Of a stretch of 64,000 nt of DNA, positions 1 to 14,280 are shown in pieces; position 1 is the stretch's first letter; the number at the start of each line of letters is the position of its first letter. The stretch comes from Lama glama. Its lineage: Eukaryota. The stretch lies in contig CM052818.1 in the NCBI GenBank assembly GCA_028534125.1, positions 31,312,001 through 31,376,000 on the forward strand, read 5' to 3'. The notes under the pieces are model-generated. The model searched no databases and was not told the DNA's origin. It saw only the letters and a list, made by a program, of their open reading frames with translations. The position numbers and the translations under genes are program-made.

Positions 1-84
1 CTGTTAAAGAATTCTGACAAACTTGACCTTCCTCGAGAAGCCCATCCACCACTCTCATACAATTTGGCTGTAGTGGATTTGCTC

Positions 85-480
85 CATTCATTAATTGATT
101 CATTCATTGTTTACTGAACAAAGCAGCACTGCCCTGTGCAGAGAGAGGCAGAGAAAGAGAGACACTGACAAACCCATGATTCTTGCCCCAAAGGAACCTA
201 CAATCTGGGAGAGAAGGTAGAATATATTTGCAAATGATGTGATTCTGAAGAGTGGTTCAGCTGTTGCAGGAGACTGGAGGGGAACTGACAGCACTGCAGG
301 CTGAAGAGACCAGGAAATGATCTATCTGAGGCAGGCATAAAAGAACAGGTAGACATGGTGAAAGGCAGAAGAGACAAGTGCGTTGAAGGAGGTGCAGGGA
401 AGGAGTGAGGCCAGTGCAAGACGTCTCCACTTTAGATGGAGCTTAAAGCTACCATGAGAAGTCAGGCTGGGCCTACAGCA
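85..480 (-). mobile_element. L2 LINE 3' fragment
   Basis: cattcattaattgattcattcattgtttactgaaca (reverse complement of the L2 tail), followed by a typical cttgccccaaaggaacctacaatctggg segment. Boundaries approximate. Confidence 0.55.
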
Positions 481-569
481 TGAGGCTGGAGAGCTCAGCA
501 ATGCTTTTATTTGTTTTTATCAGCTTCCTTTTCCCACCTTCCACAGCAACTATTCTAAACTATCACTAA

Positions 570-1190
570 TCACCTGTGTCCCCTCCTCTCACTCCAACAA
601 TCATCATGTTATCTAACCCCTGACCTGACAGACAGAACAGGCTTTTATCAAAGCACCCCTTGCTTTCTCAGCCCTTACTCTCCAAACCAAAATATATACT
701 CAAGGCCCGTCTTGCTTCCTGCCTTAGAAAATGAGAAATCCCCTTAACTCTGTTTCTGTTCCTGTCCGCTCCTGATTTCTCAGAAAATCCGCTCCATCAT
801 TAATGCATTTCACTTTCAGCTTTTCCTCTATTAAATTTTCTCAGCATTTAGGAATACTTAACTCCCCTAGTCATCCTTGACATGGCTTCCCCTTCTACTG
901 ACTACTCCAGCTCTCTGCCCTCCTTTATCAGCAAACTCCCTGAAGGAATCACCTAAACTTGCTATCTGCATTCACCCACATCAGCCTCCACTCCACCCAC
1001 ATCTGGTGTCTGGCACCCCTATGCCTGTGAAACTATTCTATAAGGTCAACAAATACATCCTAGTTGCTGCAACCAAAGAACTCTTCTCAGACTTTATGTC
1101 CAAAGAGTCTACTGGCACCTCAAATTTCAGATAGGTTGCTAATGTTTTAGAAAATGAATCCATCAGAGTCCATGAGTACTGAACCTTACT
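570..1190 (+). mobile_element. Degraded L2 internal fragments
   Basis: C/T-rich L2-like sequence, e.g. aaggtcaacaaatacatcctagttgctgcaaccaaag. Boundaries approximate. Confidence 0.4.
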
Positions 1191-4100
1191 AACAGGCCAA
1201 CAACTGCTGAAAAAGATTGATTTAGATGAAATCAGTATTTGCCAATATATGTCAAATGACCACCTGGGACCATCAAGGGACATTATATATAAAATCTGTG
1301 TTTCCAATTTAAAAAATATTGTTTAAGGCACAGCTATTAAAGTTGGAGTGGGGTAGAAGGTAGAAGTGGGTGGGGTTTAGGTTCTATGGCTAACTCTGTA
1401 GGTCACTAGGGGTGACAGGCACTAAGTTAATCCCCCTGCTAAATAAAAGTTTGCCAATATAAAATTAGGGCCATTTACATACGCATACAGAAAAGGCAAG
1501 ATTTTTTTAAAGTCTCAAAACCATTTGTAAAAACACAAATAAGACATTTCTCCAATGATTCTTTCTCAGAAAACAGCTTTGTAATTAGGATGAATCATAC
1601 TTTTTTCCTATTATAAGTCATCACACAGTCTGCAAATACCTCACTCATGGCAAAAAAGATGTAAAAAAACATGAGAAGCAATTACTTTTACTGAGTATTC
1701 CTTTAAACTGAAGATAGTTAATGCAGAAATCTCAAAATAAAAGACTATTTTGGGATGACTATGATGATGGAAAGCCAGCGGATCTTATTTTATCTGAGAA
1801 CAAGTAGTAAACTGCTTAGGAAGATAATCAACTCTCTTAGAATACTAAGAAGGGAACAATTTACTCAGCAGTCCCAGAGTATATTTATAAAGTCATAAAC
1901 ACTACCTTCACAACTCCCATTATTTCTGACTCCTTTTATTTGTCACTTTGTTAGAAGTGATTCTTCACGACAACTAAGACTACCTCTCTAACTTGAGCAC
2001 TTAACACTAAAAAAAGATGAACTCTGGACTCCAATCAGGCCAGTCTCCACCACAGGATCTCCAACCCCGAGTGTACACTCCCAATATCTTTACCAAATCA
2101 AATCCTACTGTTCCTCAAAATCTAAATCAAGGTCTGGTTCTCTGAACTTTCCCCTTGCTCTGCTAGTTCACTATGACCCTCTTCTGCGCTATTGTATACT
2201 GTTTCCGTGGTACTTGATCATATACTAACTTTCCATATAACAGAAAGGTGTTCATCATAAATTTTTATTCTAATGCTGCTACCAGCATACCTTGATCTTA
2301 CAGTATTAACTATAAAACACAGGCCTAAGATTCAGATTATAGACACTTACAAAAAATATATTTTCTTTATAATATTTAAGTAGAAACACCTTTAATAAGC
2401 ACAATTTTAATGATAATGCATGCAGGAGAAACTTTTTAAAACATGATTCTCACTGCATAAACCCTATTCATTTGTCAAGTCTAAACAGAAGTCAGTGTTT
2501 CCCATCAAGTCTTTCCTAATTTTAGTTCTTACCCATATTCATCCCTAAAGTACTAAAATATAAGCCTTCATTATGACTGATTTAATAACATAAGAGGTGG
2601 CACAGTCTACTTGAATTACTAAGGAAATTAGTATTGGAACCAACATATTAATGATTTTTTTACTGATCAGAAAGGTTATTAATAATTTCTTTAACAAAAA
2701 TTAATTCATAAACTATTTGGAAACCATTTGGATTACTATTACGAACCTATTGTGGTTGTTAAAATTCTATTCTGGATGAAAGCAACTAAGTCCTCTGGCA
2801 AAGAAAAGAATGTTCAAGGTAGTTTCCATGTACACACACCAACAGTGTGAAGTTCCTCTCTTAACTGGAAGCATATCATGGCCAAGTGGTAGATCTTTTA
2901 TAACAGTAATAGCTAAGCAGTCTGCAAAAATAGGAATGGTTTGTTGCCCAGCTTTGACGAGTGTTGATTAACCCAACTCAGTCAGATCTGCTACCAAAGA
3001 GTAGTGATAACTGTGCCTAGAAAAGACACTGACTTGTACCTTCTTTTCTGCTATTAACTAGCTCCTCACCATTGTAAATCACCAAGAATTTAATGCAATA
3101 AGTGAAATATAGGAAGACTCCTTATGACTTGACTTCTAAGAAGGTCACTGCTAAGGTTCATGTTTGACTAGAGCAGTTTTTCTTAGCCTGAATAACACGA
3201 TGCCTTCCCCTCAAGCCCTATGCACACACACACTTTAATACCTGACTGGCAACATAAGCCATGCTTTTCTTACTTCATCTTCTGCGAAAGGCCATTTCAA
3301 ATCTATGAGGAAATGGGGAAGATGTAAATCATAAATAAACTATGAATAAAGGATTTTTAAACTTTAGTCCAGCAGTCTCAAAAAGTGCTGTCAAAGTTTC
3401 CATATGGAACCCCAAACTATTTTCAGACTACATTTATACAATGCAAGATTAATCCAAAGAATGTAGAGTTTGGGGAGATAAAATCAAAGAAAGCAGCTAT
3501 TAACCTACAGATAAGACAACTCTCAACACAAATTTCTCATATTTAACATCTAAAAAGTTGTGTAGTGCCCTCACAGTGTCAAAGGGTAGTTGTTTAAGTC
3601 TACAAGTAACCACGTGCTGTAGATTCTTTTAAAATGTATTGCATATAATAAATTAACAAGGAATTACAGGCAGTTGTTTACTGAACAGTACTCAAGTATT
3701 TGTTAGAGAAGTATTTTGGTCACACAAACAGGCAGGTAACATGAACAACAAAGACAAGAAGAGCACTAACAGGAAACTTGCTCTTCAAAGATTTATGCCA
3801 GCGATTTTTATTCACGTAAAATATTAGAATGAAAAGAATCCAACGCGTTGTAGGTTACTATTAGTTTTTTACATCCAAATGAGACTATACGTGGAAAAGG
3901 CACTTTATAAAACAAAGATGGAGAAATAAATCTAAGTTAGTGGTTATATTTAATTTCTCTTTTAATTATTATTCCCTGTGAAAAAGATAACTAAAGCACA
4001 TATGAAAATTCTTTGTACTAAGTTACTAAATATCGCAAAATAAACACACTAAAATAGGCATGTTGTGTGTACATACATGCTCTCACAGATTCTGCAGGTC

Positions 4101-6224
4101 AATATTCTTATAAGAAGGAGAGTACTTGGAATTTACTCTATGTGGTCAAATGCAATACTTGGGTGAGAAGAGAATGGAAGCCATTGAGAATACGTGCGCA
4201 TAACTTTGTTAGGGGAAAGCAGGTGAATGAGGAGGTTACTAACATACTCTCAACACCTTACGTCTCACAGAGTACAGATGAGCCAGCTTTGACAACTGCA
4301 CCAGGGCTTGTTTGGCTCAGTCCAGATTGTATAACAAAGTGTGTCTGGGTGCTCTTAGCAATCAGATGGTAGGTTCAGGGATGCCTATGTTATAAAATAC
4401 ACAATATTACATATAAATATAATCATTTTATATTATAGAAAATATAATTATGAGAAATAAAATGGAGAAAATGATTCTTCAATTTAGAAAGCTATTCAGA
4501 CATTAATTAGTAATGTTAATAAGTAAGTAATTTCTTAATAAACATTAATAAGTAAACAATTTCTACATTTAGTTTCATGTTCTTGTGGGATTGATTTTTG
4601 ATCAGAATCTGTTTTAAAAAGTGAAGGTACATGAACTTGGTTTGCATGTGCACATGCATAAGCACTCACACACTCACACTAGCAAGCTCAGTATTGTTTT
4701 AACAATACCTTTGCAATACTCAGCACAAACATCAATTTATTTAAAAACAAAACAAAACAAAATCAAAATGAGAAAACGTCCTAACAACTGGAAAAAATAG
4801 AGAAAAAATATTCTGAATAAAGAAAAATATCTATGAAGCTAGAAGAGGAAAGGCACAGCCTTTATAAATAATGAAATGGACACTGCCTGGAAAAAAAAAA
4901 AAACAGAAACAAGTTAAAGCTTTAAAGCTTTTTTGGACAAACCCAAAAAAGAAAAATAATACATTCATGATGAAAGGTTGTAATATATAAAATGAAAAGG
5001 TGGGCATAAGTTCCCGTTCAGATGAATTTCTGGGTTAAGGGGGCCACAGCAGTTAGATTCTCACCTTTGGTGAGAATAAATTTTGATTTTCATATGAACA
5101 GGAAGCTAAAGCATATTGTTACATACATTATGCATATGCACTCAAACTCATACTCTGCTTCAAAACAACATGATAAGGACAAAGAGATTTAGTGCTGAGC
5201 CACTGCACGGTGAGTTAACACCAGGAGGGCACAGCCACCACTGTTCTCGCTGTGGTTTCATAATGCTCACTTATGCCTTGAGAGGGAAAACGGGAAGAAC
5301 ATTTTCATGTATGGAACAATATTCTGTACAGTCAGTAGACAGTCCACAGGAAGCTATCACTCAAAGGCAGTTCCACAAACTTTACTTACAAAGCTGCTTC
5401 CACAATTCTAAATTTTAAAATAAATATTCTGTAAGTGTCACAGTTATCAGCATCTTTCAGTGTATTACTCTTAAGAAAATAACATAAACATTATAACAGC
5501 ATATCAACACTCAGGCAAAGATAAACCTGTTGAATGAGTAAAATACAACTTGTGTGTACATTTCACTCATTTATGAAAATGATAATCTAACCAAGAGAAG
5601 AATATATACTTTGAGAATTTTTTTTATTAATGGTGCCAGAAGACATGCACTCATCACTCAGGCCTACCTTTCACACCAACTGGCCGGTGTTAAATAGTAC
5701 ATAGCCCCAGAACAAGATTTTTCTCCTCCTGAAGTCAAGAGGTACAGAGAGGCACAAGGCTGCAATGATGGTCTCATCAGTACTATCTCAGAAGCGGAAA
5801 CTCTGAGCAGAAACACTAATAAACAAGGGAAATACTTAAGGACCACAATTCCATACTGACTTTCACATGGTCAAATGCTTGTTCATTTAAGTTACAAACA
5901 ACATGCTTCTGTACGTCCCTTCTAATAGTATAGATAATCTGAAAAAAAAAATCAGTCTTACTTGTATGCTTCAGTAATTTAAACAAAAAAGGTAACTATC
6001 TTAAGATAGCCTTTATTATCAACTGTGCACCTGCCTCATGTGGCCTTCTAGCACTGTCATAAATCTCACCTCAGATGCAATGAAAGGGTCCGTATGGGTT
6101 AATATCTGCAGAGTGTCTGTTGAAGGTGGTAGGGAGCATTACTAATCACAAGTGCATTAATAAGCATGGGAGGTGCATATACGTGTGTGAGATGCTGAAA
6201 ATAGGGCCTAAAAATTTGTACAGA

Positions 6225-7050
6225 TCTATATTGAGTACCTATAATATTAGTAACACTTGGACCTCAGATATAAAAACAAACAGGACACAGTATCTACCCT
6301 AAGGAGCTCAGAGTCCAAGGGAGAGAAGGACCAAAAAAAAAAAAAAAGAAAAATGAAAGCAATGATTAAGACAAATGCAGAGAGTATGATGAGAGTAAGA
6401 AGAGAGAACCCCAGTAACCTGGTCAGGAGATTGTTTGAAATGTAATAGCATTTGAAGTGTCTTGAAGGACCAACAGGAGCTACCAGATGACTGAGAACAG
6501 TTTAGGAAAAGGAATAGCATGAGAAAAGCATATTCCACATGGCTGTGGAATTACAGAGAGGGTGTGGAGTTACAGCAAGAAACAAGACCAGACAGGGACT
6601 AAGCTCTGGGCAATGGTCTGCTGACTATGTGCCCTTGGAGGCAATGACAAATTCAATTTTGAACATACTGAAGGTTTGAACATACCTCCAGGTGTGGCAT
6701 AGGTCACATATATGGCTCTGAACTAAGAAAGGGCTTTTGGACTAAGGATTTAGACTCAGGAGTCGTGAGCGTTCACTTGGGCCCCCAACCCGAATGACGT
6801 GTCCGAGGGAGAAAGTGTGGAATGAGAGAAGAAAGGAGCCTGGGAGAGCCTTATGAGCAACATAGACTGAAGGAAGAAATCTATAAGAGTCTTGAGAAGT
6901 GGCCAGAGAAGTAAGAGGAAAAAAAAAAAGAAAAGCCAAGGGGAGAGTGTATTTCAGGAAGAGTCAGCAGTGCCAAATGTTGCCAAGAGGAAAATAAGAT
7001 AAGAATGGGAAGGTATTCATTAGATTTAGAAATAAAATTTCTGCCATGAA
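6225..7050 (-). mobile_element. L2 LINE fragment
   Basis: tattgagtacctata...gacacagtatctaccctaaggagctcagagtccaaggg, and a purine-rich L2 body ending attcattagatttagaaat. Confidence 0.55.
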
Positions 7051-7979
7051 TGGTTTGGGCAACATGGCTGTTGCTGCCCTTTATCCCTTTTTTAAGAGGT
7101 AAAATGTATTAAAGTGGCTATTAATATCAGATCTGTGCTAAGACCTATTAGAGAGGAAAAAGACATTCAGTCCAGATGACTGCCAGCTGGGGGAAATGAG
7201 AATGGACTCCTAGAAGATCATTAAAGGAAGAATTGCATTTAGAGGTTAAAGAAAAGAGCAAAGCCTTGCAGGTTTTAGGCTGGACAGATATAACTAGAGG
7301 CAAAATTCTAAAAGCATAAGGCACAAGTCAGGAATAGTTCATTAATTCAAATAGGTTGGCTCACACTGCATGAATGAGTGGTAAAATTTTAAAAGCAGAT
7401 TGGAACCATATTATAAAAAATCTTGACCAAGGAATATGGAAGTAATGCAAATATTTTAAATGTCTTTCCTCTCTGGAAAATGCCTAATTATTGTTTAATT
7501 CTCAGCTCACGTGCCACTTCTCCAGTGTCACTTTAAGGAAGACTCTCCTTTCTTTATGTCCTTAAGTTACTGTCTGTTCATCTCTCTTAAGATAATGCAT
7601 TTTAATGTTTCCTAAACCTGATGATACTCAAGGGAATGGGGTGTGTCATAATGTCTCAGGAAGTCAAACAACGTATGTGCCTAAGAAACATTTTCTGAAC
7701 AAATAAACATACATAACTATTTTAGAGTGGTACTTTATGAAGACCAACTGTTAGCTGTGTGCAATATGGATTAACAAAGAAGAAATTAGAGGCAGACCAG
7801 TCAGGAAGCCAGGAAGAATGAAAAGGAGAAGTAACGGGATCCCATCAAATGGGGCCATTGTAGAAATGCAGGGAGTTTCTCTAAGAGATGCTTCCAAGGC
7901 AATATTGATAGAGTCTGGTGACCCACTGAAAGGGGACAGAGCATAAGACTAACATTTTTTAAAAACCTTTAAAAAAAGT

Positions 7980-8410
7980 ATACCCTCAGTTCAGTAATTA
8001 GATTTGAAAACACATCCTAAGGAAACAACTAGAGATTTTCACATACTTTGGCATTATTTATAAAAGTGGAAAACGGAAAATAATTTTAATTTTGAATAAC
8101 ATCAAATAAATAGTAGTACCTCTATCTGATGGAATACCATGCATACATTAACATCATATTATAAAAAACTATGTAAAGGCAGTGAGAAACAGTGTACATT
8201 ATAGTAAGTTTTAAAAAATCCTTACAAAATAGGATTTGACCCAAATTTTGTTTGATCTGTATAAAAACATGGGAAAACATAGGAAGACTATATGTCAAAA
8301 GGCACTGGATATTTCTGGGAAATGACTGACCAGACTATGGGTGCCGTTTTCTTCTTTATAATTAATTTTCTAATTTTTTGCAATAAATATATTCTGTTCT
8401 TACAATAAAA
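7980..8410 (+). mobile_element. Old L1ME-type 3' fragment
   Basis: aaataaatagtagtacctctatctgatggaataccatgca and an L1ME-like 3' end. Boundaries approximate. Confidence 0.45.
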
Positions 8411-8777
8411 ATACACATCCCTGTGTTTATAGGAAGTGAGCTAGTATTGAGAAAATCAAGTTGTCAGGACGTTTTGAGAGTCAGTGGCAAAAACAAAAAG
8501 AACCATAGTTTGAAAGGACGGATATTTTGAGTGTCATTTTTGTTTTGCTTTATTTTAAGGATTAGAGAAAATGGAGGAGGGGCTGGTAAATATAGGAACT
8601 AGAAAAATTAAAGAGGTGCTTACAAAAAGGAAATCTTTGATGTATTTTTCCATTTAAACAAAACACACAGTACAGCCAAGGATACCAGAGAGAAATCTAG
8701 GTAAGAGAGAGGGAAAAAAAATCTACAAAGATGGCATTTTTGTACCATCTGGAATAGAAAAACTGTTAACTTATTCC

Positions 8778-8960
8778 ATAGTGGAAAGAACATGGGCTTT
8801 GGCATCACAAAGACCTGAGTTTAGACTATGGTACCTCCACTCAGCAGCTGTGTGACTCTGGGCCATCTAGTAATGTGAGCCAGTCTCCTCAGGTGTAGCT
8901 CAGGGCAAACCATCACCTGGTGCAGTTAAGAGAATTAAGTGATCTGCAAGAAAGTGGCTA
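8778..8960 (+). mobile_element. MIR SINE
   Basis: agtggaaagaacatgggctttggcatc...agctgtgtgactctgggc, MIR 5'/core pattern. Confidence 0.6.
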
Positions 8961-8969
8961 GTAGGGTGG

Positions 8970-9080
8970 CTATGATCCCAGGGGCCCACCACCAGACATT
9001 GATTCAGCAGGTGTGAGCCTGGACCCGGTATCTGTGTTTTTAAAAGCTGCCTGGGTCATTCTGCTGCATGGGCAGCAACA
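8970..9080. mobile_element. MER5-like hAT-Charlie fragment
   Basis: gggcccaccaccaga...tgattcagcaggtgtgag...atctgtgtttttaaaagctgcctgggtcattctgctgca resembles the MER5 internal sequence. Confidence 0.5.
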
Positions 9081-12000
9081 CTGAACAGTTCAGTGCCTGG
9101 AATATGGCAGGTACTTGATAAATGTTGGATGGTTGTTTTTATGGACAGAATATAGGGCTTCCATTGTTTTTCATTAAGGCCATAATGACTTTCTTCATTA
9201 AACACAACATGATCTGTCCTAAGTGAGCATCTCAGATATTTTGCTATGAGAAAGAAAGAAAAAACTAAAATGAACAAAGAAAACAATGTAATGCCATTTA
9301 TGATCTAAAGCATTTAAAGATTTGACGTGAGTGACTCCAAAGGTCTTTAACATGTGGTTATATATAATTTTGCTACGCAAATTTGAATCATTTCTGCTTC
9401 ATGATGTGTTAGGACCAAGTCACTTAGTTGGTCTGTGTGCGTTCTCACTGATCAGCACCCAGATTTCCTATAGTTTTTGTTGTATTTTATTCATTACCAT
9501 AAATAGATAAAGCTTTATTCTTTGTAAGGGTCTAAATGGCCTCTAAAGAGTTAATTGCTAGATTACAAAGATACCTGCAAATCTGGGGAAACACAAAAGG
9601 TCTCAGAAAAATATTCTAGTAAATGTCAAAGATTTACTTTACAATTACATTTTTTAACATGAGGGAAAGGTCTTACCCCATTTTATAAATAGTTTCCAGT
9701 AATAAAAAGTCACACGAGAAGGGCAGAGTGCATGGCACATAATGCACCCAGTGTTCCACTTCTGCCTTTCTTCCTGGCCTCCTGGAACATGCTGTTTGTT
9801 TGTTAGGAAGGGTCATCAAAATGCAGTCCTGGGGGAGGCTTACCAACTGAGAAAAATGCAACATGAGCCACAAAGAGTAATGGCTCCTGCTGGCCGTCTT
9901 TAGTCCCCTACAGCCACTGCAGACAAGAACAGACTGGATTACCAGTAGCTGGCTGTGTCTACGCAAGAAGTCCAAGACATGAAAGTGGTCTACAACACCA
10001 CTGAAGACTGACCTCTCTAGAACCAGTACACTGCTTTCACTTCCCAGGAAACCACTGGCTCGCTCAGAACAAACGAGAACTACTATAGACCGAGTTAGGG
10101 AGCCAAACACAGGACTATCAGATAGTACATATGTACTCTGGGTGTTAAATTAGTGATTTTCTCTCCCTGAATACAGACTGAAGAGTTTTATTCAGGTGTG
10201 CTGATCCAAATTACCTAGTGGGAATTCACTTGTGTTTTTAGTGGTTAACCCTATATCCCCTAGATTAGTGGAAAGATAGTATCCTTCATTCCTTCATATT
10301 TAGAATTTAGGCATATGAGCTAAATATGGACTAAAATATGGATTGTTTTACTTTGAATTCAAAAACATTTTATTTCAAACCCCAAACTTAAACATATCCA
10401 TATGTGTTAGAGTCTTAACACATGAGCTGTTTGCTTAAGTGACTTGATCTAGAAATGGAAAAAATGAAAACATGACTATTTGGGGGCAAGAATTAAGTTC
10501 TGCAACAATAATGGCTCCATACAACCTTCTCAAATATTGTCTGTTACTCCATAAAACAGGTCTTCAGCGCAGTAAGACTGGTTTTGCCTAGCTGACCACT
10601 CAGTGCCACACTGGCCCAAACTCTGTGCCCTTTCTAGTACTCCTCCTTTCCTGTCCTCACCCACCCTTACTTTTTCTGCCTATAGAAATCTCACATAGTC
10701 TCTTAAGGTCCAAGGGAAATTCAGCTTCTTAAAAAAGCCTTACCTGAGTATTTCAGCACTACATGATCTCTCCTTACTGAATACATCTGTAATTGTGTAA
10801 TGTAATTCAGCATAATATTTTATACTATATACCATGAAACTTAGTGTGTAATTATACTGCCATATAACTTTTTTACATTTTTCCATGTGTACTATTATCT
10901 ATCCATGAAGATTGTAAACTTCTTGAAGGCAAGGCCATATTCAAACAAATATGGAGGTTTTATCCCTCACTCCCAACTACTTCAACCTAATTTCATGTTG
11001 TCTTAATGTGCACACATGTGCCGCCTAATCGTGAAGGTAATTATTGCATGGTTACAATTCAGTTATTGACTTACAAAATATGTAAGAAAACCAAATGGTC
11101 AGACCAAATTATTACTTGTTTAAAAGCAAAAAAGAATAAAGTTACTATTGTTAAAAATAATATAGCAGCAGAGATGATAAATATAACTAAATTTTGGTAC
11201 ATTAAAAGTTTAAAATTGTGACAAATTTATTATAACTTAAAAAAAAACTTTCTCATGTGAAAGCTTCCTTTCTCTAAGTTAACAACTTCATTTTGGGTTT
11301 GTGTTAATCTAGTACCGAAAAAAAGTTACATAATCATGTATTGAAATGTCCTGTGATTAGGGGTACATATGAAATAAATCATCCATGACAGATATTGGTC
11401 AGTGTAATATATAAAACTCTGGGAAGATGATGGTAGGGCACTATGCCCATCTTTTCAGACAAAAGAAAATATTCTTAATCTTGGTGAAATATATTCTAAA
11501 CATAGGCACAGAAATTACTTTCCTTGTAGTGCATTTTCTCTTATTCAGTGCTTCCCAGTAAGACTTATCCTTAATTTCTGGATGTCTTGAACTTCTGATT
11601 TGGCTGAACTTGTGCTATTATTAGATGTCAGCAACAGCAAACACATGAGTGAGTGAGCCGTAAAGATGTTACCTAATAGTAATTGGTTTTAATATATGGT
11701 CTCCAGATTCCATTGGAGTGTTTATTTATCATGGTCTTTTGTTTTAACAGCAAGCTTCTTTTTCACATAGTTGATTAACAAAAGCAGGTCTCAGGGGTTT
11801 AAAGATCAGAAAGTTGTGCTGGGCCCTTTCTGAGTCTCAGATTTCCTTTCTCAAACATTCTTTTTCTCTGACCAGATGATGGTCTAAGATCCTCTTCACC
11901 TCTGATTCTTGATGACACTGTTTCTCCTTCTGTTCACTTGACACCCCTCACCCCTACCCAGGCTGTGCCGGCCTCCCCTGTCATCTCAGGCAGCCTCAGA

Positions 12001-12149
12001 ACCACCTCTCTTGCGACCGACCACCATCCCTCTGATCTGGCTGTTTAGCCTCTTTTTTCTTTTTTAAAATCTTCCCTGAAGAAATCCATCCAGCTCACTA
12101 CTATTACAAAGGTGCTCTAACTAAAATCTCATAAAAGAGGCATCAAATT

Positions 12150-12390
12150 ACAGTAGAAAGAACACAGGCTATTCAGTCAGACAAACAGCACTCCGATACT
12201 TTAAGCTTCTTCACCTCAATGTCTGCTTCAGTTCTGCCCTGCAAGTTAACTACTGGTAACGTGGCCACGTGCGGTCGTTGTGAGGATTAACTGATCTTAT
12301 GCATACAGAACACATAGCATGATGCCTGGTGCTTAGTAAATGCTCCATAAATGTTAGCTGCTGTTAACTACTATAATCATCATCATCATA
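12150..12390 (+). mobile_element. MIR SINE
   Basis: gttgtgaggattaactga...agcatgatgcctggtgcttagtaaatgctccataaatgttagctgct, MIR 3' half. Confidence 0.65.
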
Positions 12391-14163
12391 TTTGTTTCTG
12401 TTGCTATTACAGTGTACAGGTCCCATTCTGCTTTTCTAACTGAAGTAAACAGAATCATCTAACTGTTTTTTTAGCTGAAGCAAATGGAGTCAACTGACTA
12501 TGTTTCTTTCTTTTTTTTTTTACTGATATGGTGGGGAGTAGGGTGTGTAACCAGTTGCCAATTCTGGCATGAAAAATTACATGCTGTGGTTGTTGACTAG
12601 TACTCTGAATGATGACTAAGTAATACATGTTCCCCAAAGTTATAAATCAGTTTGCTGCTAAAATATTTTCCAGATTTCAGAACAGAGCTCTACAGATATA
12701 TCCTTATCCACTAAAATAGTCTCAACCATCCTGCCTACAATTGAAAAGATCTGTATTAGCAAAAGATGTGTTCCAACAGCATGTTCCATGATGTCAAATA
12801 CTTTTAAAGTAATCATTAAATACTATAATATCAGATTGTTAAATAATAAACACATATTTTTGAACAAGAAGGGTGAGTCTAAATTGAATGCCACAGTAAG
12901 TGGCACCACTTTAAAAACAAACAACAGCAGCAGTACCACTGCTTTGATGTCTTGGCGCCTTCCTGTCCCATTCTACAGGCATAAAGAATTGTTCTCTGTG
13001 AGCTTCTATCAGTAGATGGCCACTTGCTATTCATATACAGTAAGACCATCAAGCCCACAATTCCATTTTGTATTAGCTACAAGCACAGAATTCCAAAAGC
13101 AGGCCAAACTAACATGGACAACATTTTTAGTTTGCCAGTGTGATTTTGGATTGACTATACATTTCTTTTAACTTTTCATCTTAAAGTACATTAAGCCCTA
13201 AACGAACAACAGTGATGCCAATTATGGAAAGAAAAAACTTTATACCTTTTCTTACATGTTTCAAGACCTTTCATGTTAGGCACAAGCAGTTTTATGACAA
13301 TGCAGCAATTAGCAGATGAAGGTGATAATTTGTCACAGATGTCACCTTTATACAATATGGCTTGCCAGAAATCAGAGTGGAGAGCAGAAACGTGCAAACA
13401 AGATTTTTCTTCTGCCAGGTGACTCTGGGTTTTGAATTGCTCTTGTAAAATTAATTATACTTCAGCATGTTTCTGGATAGTTCCCTTTTGGTATATATTC
13501 ATATGTCTTTTATTTACTTGTATGTATATATGAATATATAAACATGCAGCTATAATAAAATGTACAATTGGGTTTTTTTCATAAAAATATCAAAACATAA
13601 ACGTTTAAATGGGTGTGACACCATGAACGGAATCACCTTGTCCCAATATACCTTTCAACAGACATGGCTCTAGAGGAAGTGTGAGGGGGTAATATGAGCC
13701 ACAAAGTAGGAAGCAAAAGAATGAGGTTCTGTCTGTGACCCACGGACATTTACTAACCACCCTGGATGCCAGTTCTATTTAACTATAAAATAGAGGTAGC
13801 AGTACTTGCCTTCCTACCAACTAGAATCATTTGTTGAAGTGAGTGGAATAATGAATGTAAAAATGTTCTTTAACCCATAAATAACTATAGTATAAATGAT
13901 AAGATACTTTAAGGACAGTTTTGCTTCTTTGAGAAACATTTAAAAATGTAATCATAGTCTAACTGTATGTATCATTTTCTATCTATTCCAAAAAAGGAGG
14001 AAGAGAAAGTTTTCTTTTGTTTTTCACAAAGAGGTATTTCTTATTTGTTTATTTCTTGAGATAAAATATGAAAAAGTGCTTTGTAAATTCTAAAGAGCTA
14101 TATATGAAGTTAAGAAATTTTTGCCATTTATATTAAAAAGTACCCTTTGAGATGGGTGCTTAC

Positions 14164-14280
14164 CTTCTCTTAGACGGTCAACTACAAAAGTAAAACCTGT
14201 AGTTCTCGGATGTAAGACATATTCATACTTCTGAAGTCCATTCTTTTCAGCAAAATCATTACTTCGGGCCATGGTACTTT
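14164..14280 (-). CDS. LCLAT1: LCLAT1 coding exon, 117 nt (E-STMARSNDFAEKNGLQKYEYVLHPRTTGFTFVVDRLRE-G); CDS continues beyond the left edge
   Basis: Acceptor tgtcttgtttag|AA and donor GAAG|gtaagc. Phase 1/1. Contains LHPRTTG. No further recognisable coding exon in 1-14163. Confidence 0.96.

Noticed and set aside
5668..5802. 135-nt minus-strand pseudo-exon (ctgctcag| ... aag|gtaggc)
   Set aside because: A competing AG sits within the pyrimidine tract, there is an in-frame stop after six codons, and nothing else supports it. Such pairs are expected by chance.
9842..9848. Acceptor followed 3 nt later by a donor (tttttctcag-TTG-gtaagc) as a recursive splice site or microexon
   Set aside because: It is not a direct AG|GT junction and cannot be supported without RNA data.
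9673..10110. 145-aa minus-strand ORF as the missing LCLAT1 terminal exon or a nested gene
   Set aside because: Non-ATG start, no similarity to the expected LCLAT1 C-terminus, and no recognisable domain.
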